A stretch of DNA of 64,000 nucleotides from Leptospira sp. (GTDB taxonomy: Bacteria > Spirochaetota > Leptospiria > Leptospirales > Leptospiraceae): contig JAWXAQ010000030.1 of the NCBI GenBank assembly GCA_034439575.1, forward strand, positions 96,001 through 160,000. The letters are read 5' to 3'. The position numbers were made by a program, and so were the translations under genes. This document shows positions 1 through 10,365 of this stretch, in pieces. Every line of letters starts with the position of its first letter. Position 1 is the stretch's first letter. The notes under the pieces were generated by a model. The model had not been told where the DNA came from. It worked only from the letters and a program-made list of their open reading frames with translations, and did not search any database.

Positions 1-988
1 AATCCAAGTCAGCTCAAGACCCACGACTACCTTTGCTGTTGGTCAAAAACTAACTCTCTATAAAATTCTTGGTCGTTATCTTCACTTAGAATGCACTGTC
101 GAACAAGAGAAAGGTGAATCCCAATATATACTCACTTTGAATAAAATCGCCATTGCGAAAAAAGATCGAGATAGCCAAAGGGTATTTCTCCAACCAGGCC
201 AAGCTTGGATTACAAACATCATTTCTTCTAAAGCAAAAATTGAAACTGATATGTTTCATATTCCGACCGCGGTCAAAGTCAATTTCCAAGACTATGAAAC
301 AAAACTAAAAGACAAATGTGATTTTATAAAAATTTCTACTTTTTCAAGCAATGATGAAGAAAAAGTTCGCACTGTGAAAAAAACGAAAAAAAATCTTTTG
401 ATAGAAGATGCGCAAAACCCTGCAAGTTATCAAGTAGCACCTAACGAAGATTTCATTAATTTTGCCGAAGAAGTAGATGCAGAGATTCCAAAAGAAATCA
501 ACCAATTTCGAAATCAAAAAATTGTTTCAGAATTAATTATCCCAATACTGTATCTTAATGATGAGGATGAATCCATCCCTATCGGTTACATTCAAATGCA
601 AAGCAAATCAGAAAAATTTGATATGATTCGCGCTATGGAAACAAAAACCATTGCCTTTGAAATGGTGGATAGAATTCGAAATTCAAATATGATAAAATCA
701 GATGGCAAATATCCCGTTTTGGATATTTCAGAAGGCGGTCTAAAAGTAAAAATAGATCATCCTGATTTGATGTCCACCTTACCGAAGTTAAGTGGATTCC
801 ATTTTGATATATTTTTCAAAATGCAGGCACCACTCACAGCCTTCGGGCAAATTAAATCCATTCAAAAGGATGAGGAAGGCCATTTAACAGTGGGTCTAGC
901 CCTTGCTGGTCATTCATCTAGGATTGGTGAGAAAAAAAGATTTTTAGAGAATGTAGATGCACTTCGAAAAAATACGCAGAAGGCTTAA
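1..988 (+). CDS. DUF1577-family / PilZ-like domain protein, 5' end outside window
   Basis: Frame is open from nt 2 (IQVSSRPTT...). The C-terminal 'VLDISEGGLKV' is a PilZ-type DxSxxG motif. Resembles a conserved Leptospira protein. Confidence 0.65.
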   Translation, partial: IQVSSRPTTTFAVGQKLTLYKILGRYLHLECTVEQEKGESQYILTLNKIAIAKKDRDSQRVFLQPGQAWITNIISSKAKIETDMFHIPTAVKVNFQDYETKLKDKCDFIKISTFSSNDEEKVRTVKKTKKNLLIEDAQNPASYQVAPNEDFINFAEEVDAEIPKEINQFRNQKIVSELIIPILYLNDEDESIPIGYIQMQSKSEKFDMIRAMETKTIAFEMVDRIRNSNMIKSDGKYPVLDISEGGLKVKIDHPDLMSTLPKLSGFHFDIFFKMQAPLTAFGQIKSIQKDEEGHLTVGLALAGHSSRIGEKKRFLENVDALRKNTQKA

Positions 989-2919
989 ACTTCTCCGTAA
1001 CCTAAGACTTCGATAGACCATCTTTTTTCTAAATATCTTTCACCAAAAGATATCGCTTCAGGATCAATATTTTCCTTCATACTTTTCCAAAGACTTTCAG
1101 ACACTTCTCTATCCTGAAACCAAACCAAAGGCATATCTATCCCAATCTGATTTAAATTATCTGGTAGTGAAGATTTATCCATTTCCAGATAGAAAAAGAT
1201 ATTTTCATTTTTCTCCATGTTAGAAATCCATAATTTAGGTAAATCTGCATCCTTTTTGCATATAACAATGATTCGACGCTGCATATTTTCATTTCTATGG
1301 GCGAGTACTCTTGATAAATAACTTTGGGGAGCCTCATCTATTATTTTTTGAACTTTCTGAATGATAGCATCTGAGATCATAGTTTCTGTATAAAAAACAA
1401 AATCCATGGTGCAATAAGGATCAATGCCAATTCGTTTTTCTATACACATCTGCATTAGATTTAAATCCTTTGCCCAATCTTTTGATTCAAACCAAATCGC
1501 TTGGTGACGGCTACCTGGTTGTGAAATAACCTTTTGTATTTGATCTGGATTTAAATTTGAAAAATTGATATGAAAGTGATCATTAATATCACTAGCACCA
1601 TTACAAAGAAAGGGTCTCGGGAATTCGTCAACTCTACGATCTAACAAACTTTCCGCGAGCTCGAGTGTAGAGGAGATATCTTGTTCTGAAAAATCTGCTG
1701 TGGAAATGATACGATATGGGGGGCTTTGTAAAAAAATTAGTCCTTCCTTTTTGGCATCACGCCTCATCGCCGTTCCAGGCAAAACTGACAATGGAAATAC
1801 TTGCACCCATTCTTCCAGTCCATGTTCTAAAAAAAAATGTATTCCTCTTTCTACATCACTCGGTTTGTCTCCAGGCAATCCTATAATAAGGTCTAACAAA
1901 AGTTCTATCCCTTCTCCGACTAACATCTTCGAAACTTCGGCTACCTTTTCTGGATCCCCATATCTTTTTACACGTTTTAATGTTTCCGGATTTATGGATT
2001 GCATACCAAGTTCAATGCGATTGAATCCAGCTTTCGCCAATTTTTTGGCAATTTTTGATGTCACACCTTCTGACCGAAGTTCGGCGAACATAGACATCTG
2101 GTGGTCAGAATTTACTTCCGCGATAGCATCCAAAAAATTTTCGAATCCAGGACGATGGTTAAACGTAGGGTCTAAAAAAACTAATTCCCGAGCCCCACTC
2201 TCTTTCAAATGGCTGATTAGTTTTACTGTTTCATCAATATTTAAAGTTCTTAAATTTTGTGATGACTTGGGATAAAAACAATACGTACATTGAGATTTGC
2301 AGCCGCGCACAGTTTCTAGATAGGTGGATCTAGCACCATCCACAGAAAGAAATCCCGATGTATATGGGGAAGGAAAATCAGTGAGTGGGAAATCTGCCGA
2401 GACGTTATGTGTGAATTCGGACATTTTACCATTTGGCAATCTATAAGAAATATTTTCTACAGATGATAGTGGGGATTTTTCCACTAAGGATTTCATTAAC
2501 TTCCCAAAACTATGTTCTGCTTCCCCACTAACAGCGATATCATAGCCTAATTGTTCCATTAAAAATGGATTGTCAGCATTTACCTCGGGCCCGCCAATAA
2601 GTATAGTAATATCACTTTTTTGTTTTTTGAGTTCTCTCGCTAAATGAAGACTTCTTTCGGTATTCCAAAGATATAGTGAAAATCCGACATAGTCTGGATT
2701 TGATTCTAATAAAAAGTCAACAAGCTCCGTATCACCCATGTTATCCGTAATTTCTGGAGCGACAGATGTGGCGGTTAAATTTTTTATAGGTGTTTCTTTA
2801 TAGGAAAGACTTGATGCCAGGCTCGCCGCGGCGAGAGGAACATTTCCAGTCGCCGCATAATATGATGGAGGTGGCACAGGTAATTGTAATAATTGAATGA
2901 TTGCCAAGATTGTCTCCAA
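985..2919 (-). CDS. B12-binding radical SAM protein
   Basis: CxxxCxxC motif (RGCKSQCTYC); N-terminal cobalamin-binding-like motifs 'PDYVGFSLYLWN', 'ILIGGPEV', 'GEAE'. The true start may be TTG at 2907, behind a GGAG. Confidence 0.9.
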   Translation of the reverse strand: METILAIIQLLQLPVPPPSYYAATGNVPLAAASLASSLSYKETPIKNLTATSVAPEITDNMGDTELVDFLLESNPDYVGFSLYLWNTERSLHLARELKKQKSDITILIGGPEVNADNPFLMEQLGYDIAVSGEAEHSFGKLMKSLVEKSPLSSVENISYRLPNGKMSEFTHNVSADFPLTDFPSPYTSGFLSVDGARSTYLETVRGCKSQCTYCFYPKSSQNLRTLNIDETVKLISHLKESGARELVFLDPTFNHRPGFENFLDAIAEVNSDHQMSMFAELRSEGVTSKIAKKLAKAGFNRIELGMQSINPETLKRVKRYGDPEKVAEVSKMLVGEGIELLLDLIIGLPGDKPSDVERGIHFFLEHGLEEWVQVFPLSVLPGTAMRRDAKKEGLIFLQSPPYRIISTADFSEQDISSTLELAESLLDRRVDEFPRPFLCNGASDINDHFHINFSNLNPDQIQKVISQPGSRHQAIWFESKDWAKDLNLMQMCIEKRIGIDPYCTMDFVFYTETMISDAIIQKVQKIIDEAPQSYLSRVLAHRNENMQRRIIVICKKDADLPKLWISNMEKNENIFFYLEMDKSSLPDNLNQIGIDMPLVWFQDREVSESLWKSMKENIDPEAISFGERYLEKRWSIEVLGYGEV

Positions 2920-2961
2920 TCACCATAGGAAAACAAGATTCTATAATAGCAAAAACTTTCC

Positions 2962-4257
2962 CTACCGCGAAAGGACGATATCAATAAAGAGTATCAGATT
3001 ATCACCAAAATCCCGCGAAAAAGTTCGAAGCATCACATTTTCCGAAATATCGTGATACACAGGTGATATCGCCCAAGAATCTTTACTGGTTCTTGATTTG
3101 TGGATATGCTCAAAAAAATAAGGGCGCCATGACCAATTTTTGCCTAAATAAGAATAATCTGCGATTAATCCTTTTTTTGGATCTTGTGAATAGTTGGGTG
3201 AAATTTGAAAACCAAATGGATTTGTAATGTACATTCGAAAGAAATCTGAATCTTTTGAGATCTCAGACTGTCCTTTCAAATCCCATTCCCAAACTCCATC
3301 ATGCGAATCAAAACCCAGGGTAATATTTGATAACTTTGCTTTCCACCTTTCTTCCCAAATGATTTGGGATTCCATTTCTTCATTCTTTCTACCGTGGAAA
3401 TAATCTAAGGCATGACTCATCTCTTTTCTAAATCCAAATCTTTTTGCGAAGTCACGTTCTGGTTTGGCAAAATGATATCCTTGGATGTATCTTGCCCCAT
3501 AGTTTAGTGCATTATATAATTCATCATTTGATTCTATACCTTCAAAAAGTAGAGAACTTCCCAAGGATTCACCTAGTCTTGATAAGTTGAGTAGTATTTC
3601 TTTAAAATTTCTAGAGAATGTAGAACGACGTAACATTTGTAAGTCGACTTTTATAATTTCAGGATGATACAATCCAATTCTATCTAAATTCGATGCCTCA
3701 GATCCAGCATCATCAACCGCAATACTAAATCCTTCACTTCGATATAAATTCAGTATAGGTTTTAGAATTTCCAGATTTTGCTCAAACCTTTCTTCGGTGA
3801 TTTCTATCACTATCCTAGTAGGATCAATTTCTAGTTCCCTCACCTTTTGAATAGTAAACGGAAGTTTGGCGGGAAAACTTTGCAATAAATCAAACATTAA
3901 ATGAGGAGATACGTTTATAAATAATTTTGTCTCGGGCGGTGCCTCTTCTTTGAATTTTTTAAGTGCCTGGTATCGAATTTCACGATCCACTTTTTTTTTG
4001 AGTCGAAAGAGATCACTTGTTTTGTGAAAGTTAAGTTTTGAACCTCTTGCTTCATCAATGGCAAGAAAGAATGGCCCAAGGCTTAATAGTTCAGTTGTTG
4101 TCTCGAGTCGCCCAAGAACTTCGTAGCCAAAGACACCAGTGGATTCAGAAGACAATATAGGTTGAAATACAGGAACCAGTGTTCCCTTGCTTAACCAGGT
4201 CTCCCATTCATCAGTTTGTCTTAAATCTCTCTCTTGCAGAACCATTTTACTACTCAC
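2962..4257 (-). CDS. EAL-domain protein with YkuI-like C-terminal domain (c-di-GMP phosphodiesterase-like)
   Basis: Motifs 'PVFQPI...GYEVLGR', 'FINVSP', 'IEITE', 'AVDDAG', 'IIKVD', 'EGIE', 'YIQGY'; C-terminal 'GKNWSWRPYF' is typical of the YkuI_C domain. Confidence 0.9.
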   Translation of the reverse strand: MSSKMVLQERDLRQTDEWETWLSKGTLVPVFQPILSSESTGVFGYEVLGRLETTTELLSLGPFFLAIDEARGSKLNFHKTSDLFRLKKKVDREIRYQALKKFKEEAPPETKLFINVSPHLMFDLLQSFPAKLPFTIQKVRELEIDPTRIVIEITEERFEQNLEILKPILNLYRSEGFSIAVDDAGSEASNLDRIGLYHPEIIKVDLQMLRRSTFSRNFKEILLNLSRLGESLGSSLLFEGIESNDELYNALNYGARYIQGYHFAKPERDFAKRFGFRKEMSHALDYFHGRKNEEMESQIIWEERWKAKLSNITLGFDSHDGVWEWDLKGQSEISKDSDFFRMYITNPFGFQISPNYSQDPKKGLIADYSYLGKNWSWRPYFFEHIHKSRTSKDSWAISPVYHDISENVMLRTFSRDFGDNLILFIDIVLSR

Positions 4258-4532
4258 AACCTTGCAAGAACGGTACCATTAAGCAAATTGTCCAAAAATA
4301 TAGCTAAATCATATACTAATATGAATGTAATGAAATCGATTACTTATAAAACGTACGCATTGTTCACAAAGATAGCATATCGTACCGATGATGAAATGAT
4401 TCATCAAAATAAGATAAACAGACCTAAATCGGCTAATGGGGGAAAGATTAATTGTGATTAGAGGATAACAATGGAGAGAGAAAAAATAAGCAAGACTCTA
4501 AAAAATCTCTAGAGCCTCACAATAAATAATTA

Positions 4533-4700
4533 TTATTTAATATCGCTTTGTCTTTGTTTTAAAGATTCGTCGAGTTTTGGTTTTTTAGAAGGTTTTGGCT
4601 CTTCCACTGGCGGAGGATTTTGTTTCACCTCATTGGACGAACAATTAACAAGTGTAATAGCAAAAATAGCCATGAGTATGGACAATGTAATTTTTTTCAT
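4533..4700 (-). CDS. Small (55 aa) Pro/Lys-rich lipoprotein, below the ORF-track cutoff
   Basis: Translated by hand: MKKITLSILMAIFAITLVNC-SSNEVKQNPPPVEEPKPSKKPKLDESLKQRQSDIK*. GGAG RBS 6 nt before the ATG; spirochaete-type lipobox LVNC. Confidence 0.75.
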   Translation of the reverse strand: MKKITLSILMAIFAITLVNCSSNEVKQNPPPVEEPKPSKKPKLDESLKQRQSDIK

Positions 4701-4791
4701 TTTTGGCTCCTAATGCTAATTTTTTGCCGTGCATAAAAATGTCCACAAAAAAAGATGAATGAGCATTCAAAGTAAGGACACACAGAGATAA

Positions 4792-5391
4792 ATGGGCAAA
4801 TTTTTCGTATTTGAAGGGATAGATGGCTCGGGAAAGACAACTTTATCAAAACTTGTAGCTAATAAACTAGAAGCTCCACCGAACATAGAAATCATTTGGC
4901 ATAGAGAACCGACTGATGGCGCCTATGGAAAACAAATTAGAAATTTTTTGACAGGACGCATTACATTAACAAAGACAGAACAGATGGAACTATTTCTTAA
5001 AGATCGGCATCAATCCGTAACGGAAGTTATTCGACCAAATATCACAAAAGGAAATATCGTAATTCAAGATAGATATATTTATTCCACAGCCGCATACCAA
5101 GGTGGAAATGAATTTACTTGCGAAGAAATACTATTAAAAAACGAAGAACAAGGTTTTCCTAAACCAAATTTAGTTTTTTTTATAGATCTCACTCCAGAAG
5201 AAGCCCGCGAAAGAAGAGTCGCTCGTGGAGGAAAAAAAGAATATTTCGATGAAGACTCATCGCAAAATTTAATTTATCAAAATTATATGAAAATTTTACC
5301 AGCGAATACCGTATTCTTAGATGGTAATGCTAATTTGGAAGAACTAACAACGATTGTGTTGGAACAAATAATGTCGTACATTGTTGATTAA
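4792..5391 (+). CDS. tmk: Thymidylate (dTMP) kinase
   Basis: P-loop 'FEGIDGSGKTT', 'REP', 'DRYIYSTAAYQG', 'PNLVFFIDL'. Confidence 0.95.
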   Translation: MGKFFVFEGIDGSGKTTLSKLVANKLEAPPNIEIIWHREPTDGAYGKQIRNFLTGRITLTKTEQMELFLKDRHQSVTEVIRPNITKGNIVIQDRYIYSTAAYQGGNEFTCEEILLKNEEQGFPKPNLVFFIDLTPEEARERRVARGGKKEYFDEDSSQNLIYQNYMKILPANTVFLDGNANLEELTTIVLEQIMSYIVD

Positions 5392-5495
5392 TTGTTAAAC
5401 GACATGAACAGAGCATAATTTAAACCAAAAAGTTTAAAAATTTATTTATTTACTTAAAAAAAATAAATTAGGAAATATGAAATAATAATAATATT

Positions 5496-5906
5496 ATGAA
5501 ACAAAAACCAAATTTTGATCATGCACTACAAGATTTTCTAAATTCAATTTCTAATCGCAATATTGAAACATACAAAAAGTATATAACGAATGAAAAAGAA
5601 ATGTATACAATTGTCCAAAATGGACATGCATTTATAACTTCACTTGAATTAATTTCTATCCATGAAGAATGGTTCAAAGACCTTAAGTGGATTTGGGAAG
5701 GTAAAATTGTTCGAAAGGTTGTTGGAGAAGACATGTCATTTGCTCTAATAAAATATGATTATCAAATTACGAAGGAAGATCCTCCTTTCAGTAATTGGCT
5801 AACTTATGTATTTCGGTTAGAAAATAATGAGTGGCGAGTCATACATGATCATAATACCGCATTAGATTTCAAAGCATTTGCAAAATCAGCAGGCATTGAT
5901 ATCTAA
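5496..5906 (+). CDS. NTF2-like / SnoaL-like (DUF4440-type) protein
   Basis: 136 aa ending in 'TYVFRLENNEWRVIHDHNT', typical of this fold. Confidence 0.75.
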   Translation: MKQKPNFDHALQDFLNSISNRNIETYKKYITNEKEMYTIVQNGHAFITSLELISIHEEWFKDLKWIWEGKIVRKVVGEDMSFALIKYDYQITKEDPPFSNWLTYVFRLENNEWRVIHDHNTALDFKAFAKSAGIDI

Positions 5907-6219
5907 ATATTGTACAGTAATAGAATAATATTTATTATCGATTCATCACAAATACTTATTTTCTTATAACAATTACAAATAAACAAAAAAGAGTCCGTTA
6001 TTTCGAACAATAAAAATCTTAGCTATTATACACATAATGTAAAAATTAAGCTTTCATCAATTTATGCAAATGTTCACGTCGTATAACTTCGGCCGACAGC
6101 TACGCAACACCTCTTACGCCCTCGTTTATAGGTATATGGCAAATTGACTCCTGGTAGACTTCTTATCTTTTGGTTATAATTCAAAAAACAAGAATGAATA
6201 TTACTGGTATAATAACAAT

Positions 6220-6651
6220 ATGAATAGTAATTTTAAGTTATTACACAACATAAGCGAATTAGAGGGCACATGCTATATCGAATTTTTACCTGGAAAATAT
6301 ACAGGCAAGTGTTGGAATGAAAGTTCAATTTATATCAATGAAGAAACATTCTTAATATTTGAAGATTTATTTAAAGAGGTTTTAATAAACTACGACCATT
6401 ATTCTTTCAATGAAATGCCTGCATCCAAAGTTAGGTTACTTAAAGTAAAATTACATCAAAGAATCTCAATTCTAAAAAACCTTCAAAACAATTTATTGAA
6501 TGGAGAAACACTTTCTCTTCAAATTAATGAATTATTTACACAAAAATTTAAATCGAATCAAATTGAGATAATTCAAATGTTGGAGAATTTCTATGATTGG
6601 TTAAAAAAAATTGAAACTCAGAATATTCCACTTTCTATATTAGGAATTTAG
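6220..6651 (+). CDS. Hypothetical protein
   Basis: 143-aa ORF with plausible composition in an AT-rich patch; no recognised motif. Confidence 0.6.
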   Translation: MNSNFKLLHNISELEGTCYIEFLPGKYTGKCWNESSIYINEETFLIFEDLFKEVLINYDHYSFNEMPASKVRLLKVKLHQRISILKNLQNNLLNGETLSLQINELFTQKFKSNQIEIIQMLENFYDWLKKIETQNIPLSILGI

Positions 6652-6993
6652 ATAGATCAGATTTGAATGAAAATGCCCCAAACAAATAAAATTGCATAAA
6701 TAAATAATTTTCATTCATCTAGTTAATTTTATAAAATAAGATCTTATATAAACAGATCGAAACTATTAAAAAGTATTACTAATTATTTAAATTTCAAATG
6801 TAAATTTTTAGTAATGGGTTAGTGAGTATAAATTGCATTTAAACTTGATGAATAAGCCAAAAATATTAAACTAGAAATTCTTTCAAATTGGCTATTCGAT
6901 GAAATTTCGAAAATACGTCATAATGATTCAAAAGTATAACTCTATTGATTCAATATAATATCAGAAATCCTTAATGGTAGAACTTGGTCTTAC

Positions 6994-7869
6994 CTAGTTC
7001 GTTACCTGAATCGCCATCATATCACCCTGGTTAGTATACTTTACGATTCTATCAAAAAAATATTTTTTGATTTTAAAGAAAGGATTAGCATTAGATTTAT
7101 TTGTCATTCCACTACCATACGTAATGGATTTTGGTGAATTAAAATCCAATTCTTTCAATAATTGGATCAGACCACTCAAACTATAATAATATAAGTGTTC
7201 TGGTACATTTAAATACCGCCAATCTAAACCCTTCCATTTGGCGAGGATTCCATAACGACAAGTAGAGAGGATAAGTGTACCGCCTGGATTCAAATGCTTT
7301 TTAATTTTTTGAAGTGTTTCTTTTGGTTTGTGTAGGTGTTCGATGGTCGCCCACATCGTGATCACATCATATTTATTTTTAAAATCCTGATCCCAAGCCA
7401 GAAAATCTTCTTTATGAATCTTTAACCCGAGTTTGTTCCGAGCAAATTCCACTGGTCCATCTGCGACTTCAATTCCTTCTGATTCATAACCTTTTGTGCG
7501 CATAAAATCAACAAAGTATCCAGCGGCACAACCAATATCCAGTGATCGAAGACTAACATGGTTTGAAAGACGATATTCTTTTTCCCATTTAAAAAATCCT
7601 AAGTCATTAAGATTTAATTGAAAAACTCGACTGATTTCACTTCGAATTTTATCTGAATAATAATTGTCATAACCTCTATCCGTTCTTTCTGTAAAATAGG
7701 AATTATTATAATACTTCAGCACCTCATTTAAGTTTGGTTGCGGATTCACTTGTACTAAACGGCATTTTTTACAGCGAACAATCTTAAACGATTCTCCAAG
7801 TGGACTAGCTTTTTCAAAAATAAAGTTAAATTGAGAGGAGCCACAAGTATTACAATTTACAATTTCCAT
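6994..7869 (-). CDS. Class I SAM-dependent methyltransferase with N-terminal CxxC...CxxC
   Basis: 'LDIGCAAGYF', 'YDVITMWATIEHL', 'LNPGG', 'PEHLYYYS'; N-terminal CNTC...CKKC. Confidence 0.9.
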   Translation of the reverse strand: MEIVNCNTCGSSQFNFIFEKASPLGESFKIVRCKKCRLVQVNPQPNLNEVLKYYNNSYFTERTDRGYDNYYSDKIRSEISRVFQLNLNDLGFFKWEKEYRLSNHVSLRSLDIGCAAGYFVDFMRTKGYESEGIEVADGPVEFARNKLGLKIHKEDFLAWDQDFKNKYDVITMWATIEHLHKPKETLQKIKKHLNPGGTLILSTCRYGILAKWKGLDWRYLNVPEHLYYYSLSGLIQLLKELDFNSPKSITYGSGMTNKSNANPFFKIKKYFFDRIVKYTNQGDMMAIQVTN

Positions 7870-7892
7870 ATTTTTTTTATCGGTAATTATTT

Positions 7893-8729
7893 CTAAAATG
7901 ATTTGATTAATCTACGAATGATTAAAAAACAAAAAGACAATAAACACATAAAAAGTATGATCAAAGATGAAGTGGGAAAATAAATATCTTCTCCATGATA
8001 ATTGACACCAGTAAGACTCAGCAAAAATCCACCAGCTGTGCCAATGACTGAAAACAATACACATAAAATCGCAAGTATACGTGTTGATTTAACAATTGGC
8101 AATAGTGTAAAGACAGGAAGTAACATATGTGCAATGGAATAATAGGAACCTAAAATATTTACAGCCACAGTCACTGCGATGGATAGTATCATATAAAATA
8201 TGATATCAAAAATAATCGGATTTCCGATTTGGATTCTATATTCTTCCCTATCAAAACTCAAAAACAAAAATCTTCTAAATAATGCGATGTATAAAAACAA
8301 AGACAATAAGGCGAGCCATACACTGAGTGAATTGAGTTTCACTTGGGAAGTTAAGATATCTCCGAAATAAGAAGCCAACAAATGATTTTGGACATTCCCA
8401 CCTAATGCTAATAAAACTTGAGATAAGGATGCGAAAAAAACAAAAAGTATTCCAAGAACTACTTCTTCTTTCATGACTGTTGTTTTCCTTAATATGACTA
8501 AAGGAAAAATCAAAAGCATAGAAATCAATATAGGTGCGATTTCATTTTCCCATGACATAAATAGAGAAAAAGCTACCGAAAAACTAACTGCTTGTGATAA
8601 TGTAACACCAAAAAAAGTCATATTTCTTAATACAAGCAGTATCCCCAAAACACTCAAAAGTGCTCCGATGATACTACCGATTAAAATTTGGGGGAGAAAC
8701 AACTCCCAGTTATTTAATAAATCAATCAT
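7893..8729 (-). CDS. Metal (Zn/Mn) ABC transporter permease, ZnuB/MntB-like
   Basis: Multi-pass membrane protein with 'YFGDIL' and 'LSFDREE'. The likely ATG at 8729 overlaps the ATPase stop. Confidence 0.88.
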   Translation of the reverse strand: MIDLLNNWELFLPQILIGSIIGALLSVLGILLVLRNMTFFGVTLSQAVSFSVAFSLFMSWENEIAPILISMLLIFPLVILRKTTVMKEEVVLGILFVFFASLSQVLLALGGNVQNHLLASYFGDILTSQVKLNSLSVWLALLSLFLYIALFRRFLFLSFDREEYRIQIGNPIIFDIIFYMILSIAVTVAVNILGSYYSIAHMLLPVFTLLPIVKSTRILAILCVLFSVIGTAGGFLLSLTGVNYHGEDIYFPTSSLIILFMCLLSFCFLIIRRLIKSF

Positions 8730-9438
8730 GATGATGGCAGTTAGGTGGTCTCTCACCGTCAGAGATTTTATAAAATTTTCCTTCATCTATTTCAAAAATT
8801 TCATCAAATCCATCTTTCCAATCATGATCCAAACTATGAGTTATAAAAAAGAAGGCTCTAGTTTTTGGAAATAAATATTCTTTCAGTACCACTTGGAATA
8901 AATCCCTAGATTTATGATCGAGTGAGTCCATAGGTTCATCCAAAAATATCAAATCGGCTTCAGTAAGAAGAGAACGTAAAATTAATACTCGCTGCAACTG
9001 ACCTCCACTACATTCGGAAATCTGTTTATTCAAATATTCGATTACTCCAGTTCTCTCAATCAATTCCATCTGTGCTTCTGAAAATTTATTCTTTGGAAAA
9101 AAACTTAAGCCAATATTTTTTGGCATGAGCAACACTTCTTGGACATTCAAAGGATAATCCAATCTCATTTTTTTTGCCTGAGGAACGTAGGAACAAGAAA
9201 TATGTTTTGAAAAGAATAAATTTCCCGAAAGTGGACTGAGTAAACCTGTCAAGGTTCGAAAAACAGTTGTTTTGCCAGCTCCATTCCCACCAACTAATGC
9301 ATATGTTTTGCCAGGGAGAATCGTAAAGGATATATCTGAAACCACCGGAAAACCTTTCCTGTAACCAACAGATAAATGATCCGTCTTTACAAAAAATTCA
9401 TCCGTAGAAAGTAAATTATTTTGTTTTATCTGCAGCAT
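8722..9438 (-). CDS. Metal ABC transporter ATP-binding subunit, ZnuC-like
   Basis: Walker A GGNGAGKT, signature CSGGQLQR, Walker B IFLDEP, C-terminal CHHHD. Confidence 0.92.
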   Translation of the reverse strand: MLQIKQNNLLSTDEFFVKTDHLSVGYRKGFPVVSDISFTILPGKTYALVGGNGAGKTTVFRTLTGLLSPLSGNLFFSKHISCSYVPQAKKMRLDYPLNVQEVLLMPKNIGLSFFPKNKFSEAQMELIERTGVIEYLNKQISECSGGQLQRVLILRSLLTEADLIFLDEPMDSLDHKSRDLFQVVLKEYLFPKTRAFFFITHSLDHDWKDGFDEIFEIDEGKFYKISDGERPPNCHHHD

Positions 9439-10360
9439 CTCTTATTTTCTGTAAGGAAATTTTCAATGAATCTTCATACGTTTGTGCATCAGCAGTCCCT
9501 CCGACAGAGACGGGTAAAACCACAACCATACTCCCTGGAACTTTGGAAGAAACATATTCTGCATACTTCTGATTATTGTATGGTCCAATCAGTATAATTT
9601 TGATTTTTTCTGCCAGCATATAGGAAACGACTTGGTCCATATAACGAACAGATGGTGGAACACCAGGTCTTTCTTCGATTGTCAAATTTGCATTGAATTT
9701 AAATCGTGAGGCTAAATAAATAAATTGATCATGGAATACGGCAACTTTTAAACCAAAATAAGGTTCCATCTTCTTTAATTCATCTTTTGTGAGTGTTATC
9801 AGCTTCTTTTTGAAGTTATTGAAATTCTCATCGTAATAATCACCATTCATTGGATCAATTCTAATTAACGCATTCTTTATGTTTTGTGCCATCTGAATCG
9901 CATTGATTGGATCATTCCAATAATGTGGATTTCCATAGATGTGCATATCACCCATAGACCTATCCATCATAACTGCAGGTTCGCCGAGAATTTTTATTCC
10001 GAAAGATGTATCGCAATACCCAGGTTGTCCTTTTTGAATTTTAACATTGCGGGATTGTTGTTGTAAGTAAGGGATCCAACCTACTTCCATATCCAATCCT
10101 ATCACACATAAAATGTCCGCTTCATTTAACTTTACTATGAAATCTGGTCTTGTCATTACAAAGTGTGGATCATCAGTTCCACGAATCATACCATACACAT
10201 CCGCTCTATCACCTGCGACCTGTTCTGCGATATATCGTATATCGGTAATACTTGCGACCAATGAAACTTTTGCTTGAATACTTTCTGTAAAACCAAATAG
10301 GCTAAAACAAAAAAATAATAGGTGAATTAAATATCTGAATTTTTTCATTTTATACCTCAT
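9416..10360 (-). CDS. Metal ABC transporter substrate-binding protein (ZnuA/TroA cluster A-I)
   Basis: Signal peptide; 'DPH', 'GNPHYWNDP', 'FHDQFIYLA'. Confidence 0.92.
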   Translation of the reverse strand: MRYKMKKFRYLIHLLFFCFSLFGFTESIQAKVSLVASITDIRYIAEQVAGDRADVYGMIRGTDDPHFVMTRPDFIVKLNEADILCVIGLDMEVGWIPYLQQQSRNVKIQKGQPGYCDTSFGIKILGEPAVMMDRSMGDMHIYGNPHYWNDPINAIQMAQNIKNALIRIDPMNGDYYDENFNNFKKKLITLTKDELKKMEPYFGLKVAVFHDQFIYLASRFKFNANLTIEERPGVPPSVRYMDQVVSYMLAEKIKIILIGPYNNQKYAEYVSSKVPGSMVVVLPVSVGGTADAQTYEDSLKISLQKIRDAADKTK

Positions 10361-10365
10361 CCAAT

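Noticed and set aside
1700-2275. Antisense ORFs such as this 191-aa one (also 8473-8874, 24577-25002, 27642-28082, 55412-55792)
   Set aside because: Shadow frames opposite well-supported genes.
4234-4461. 75-aa plus-strand ORF
   Set aside because: Overlaps the EAL gene start, has no RBS or motif, and is probably promoter-region noise.
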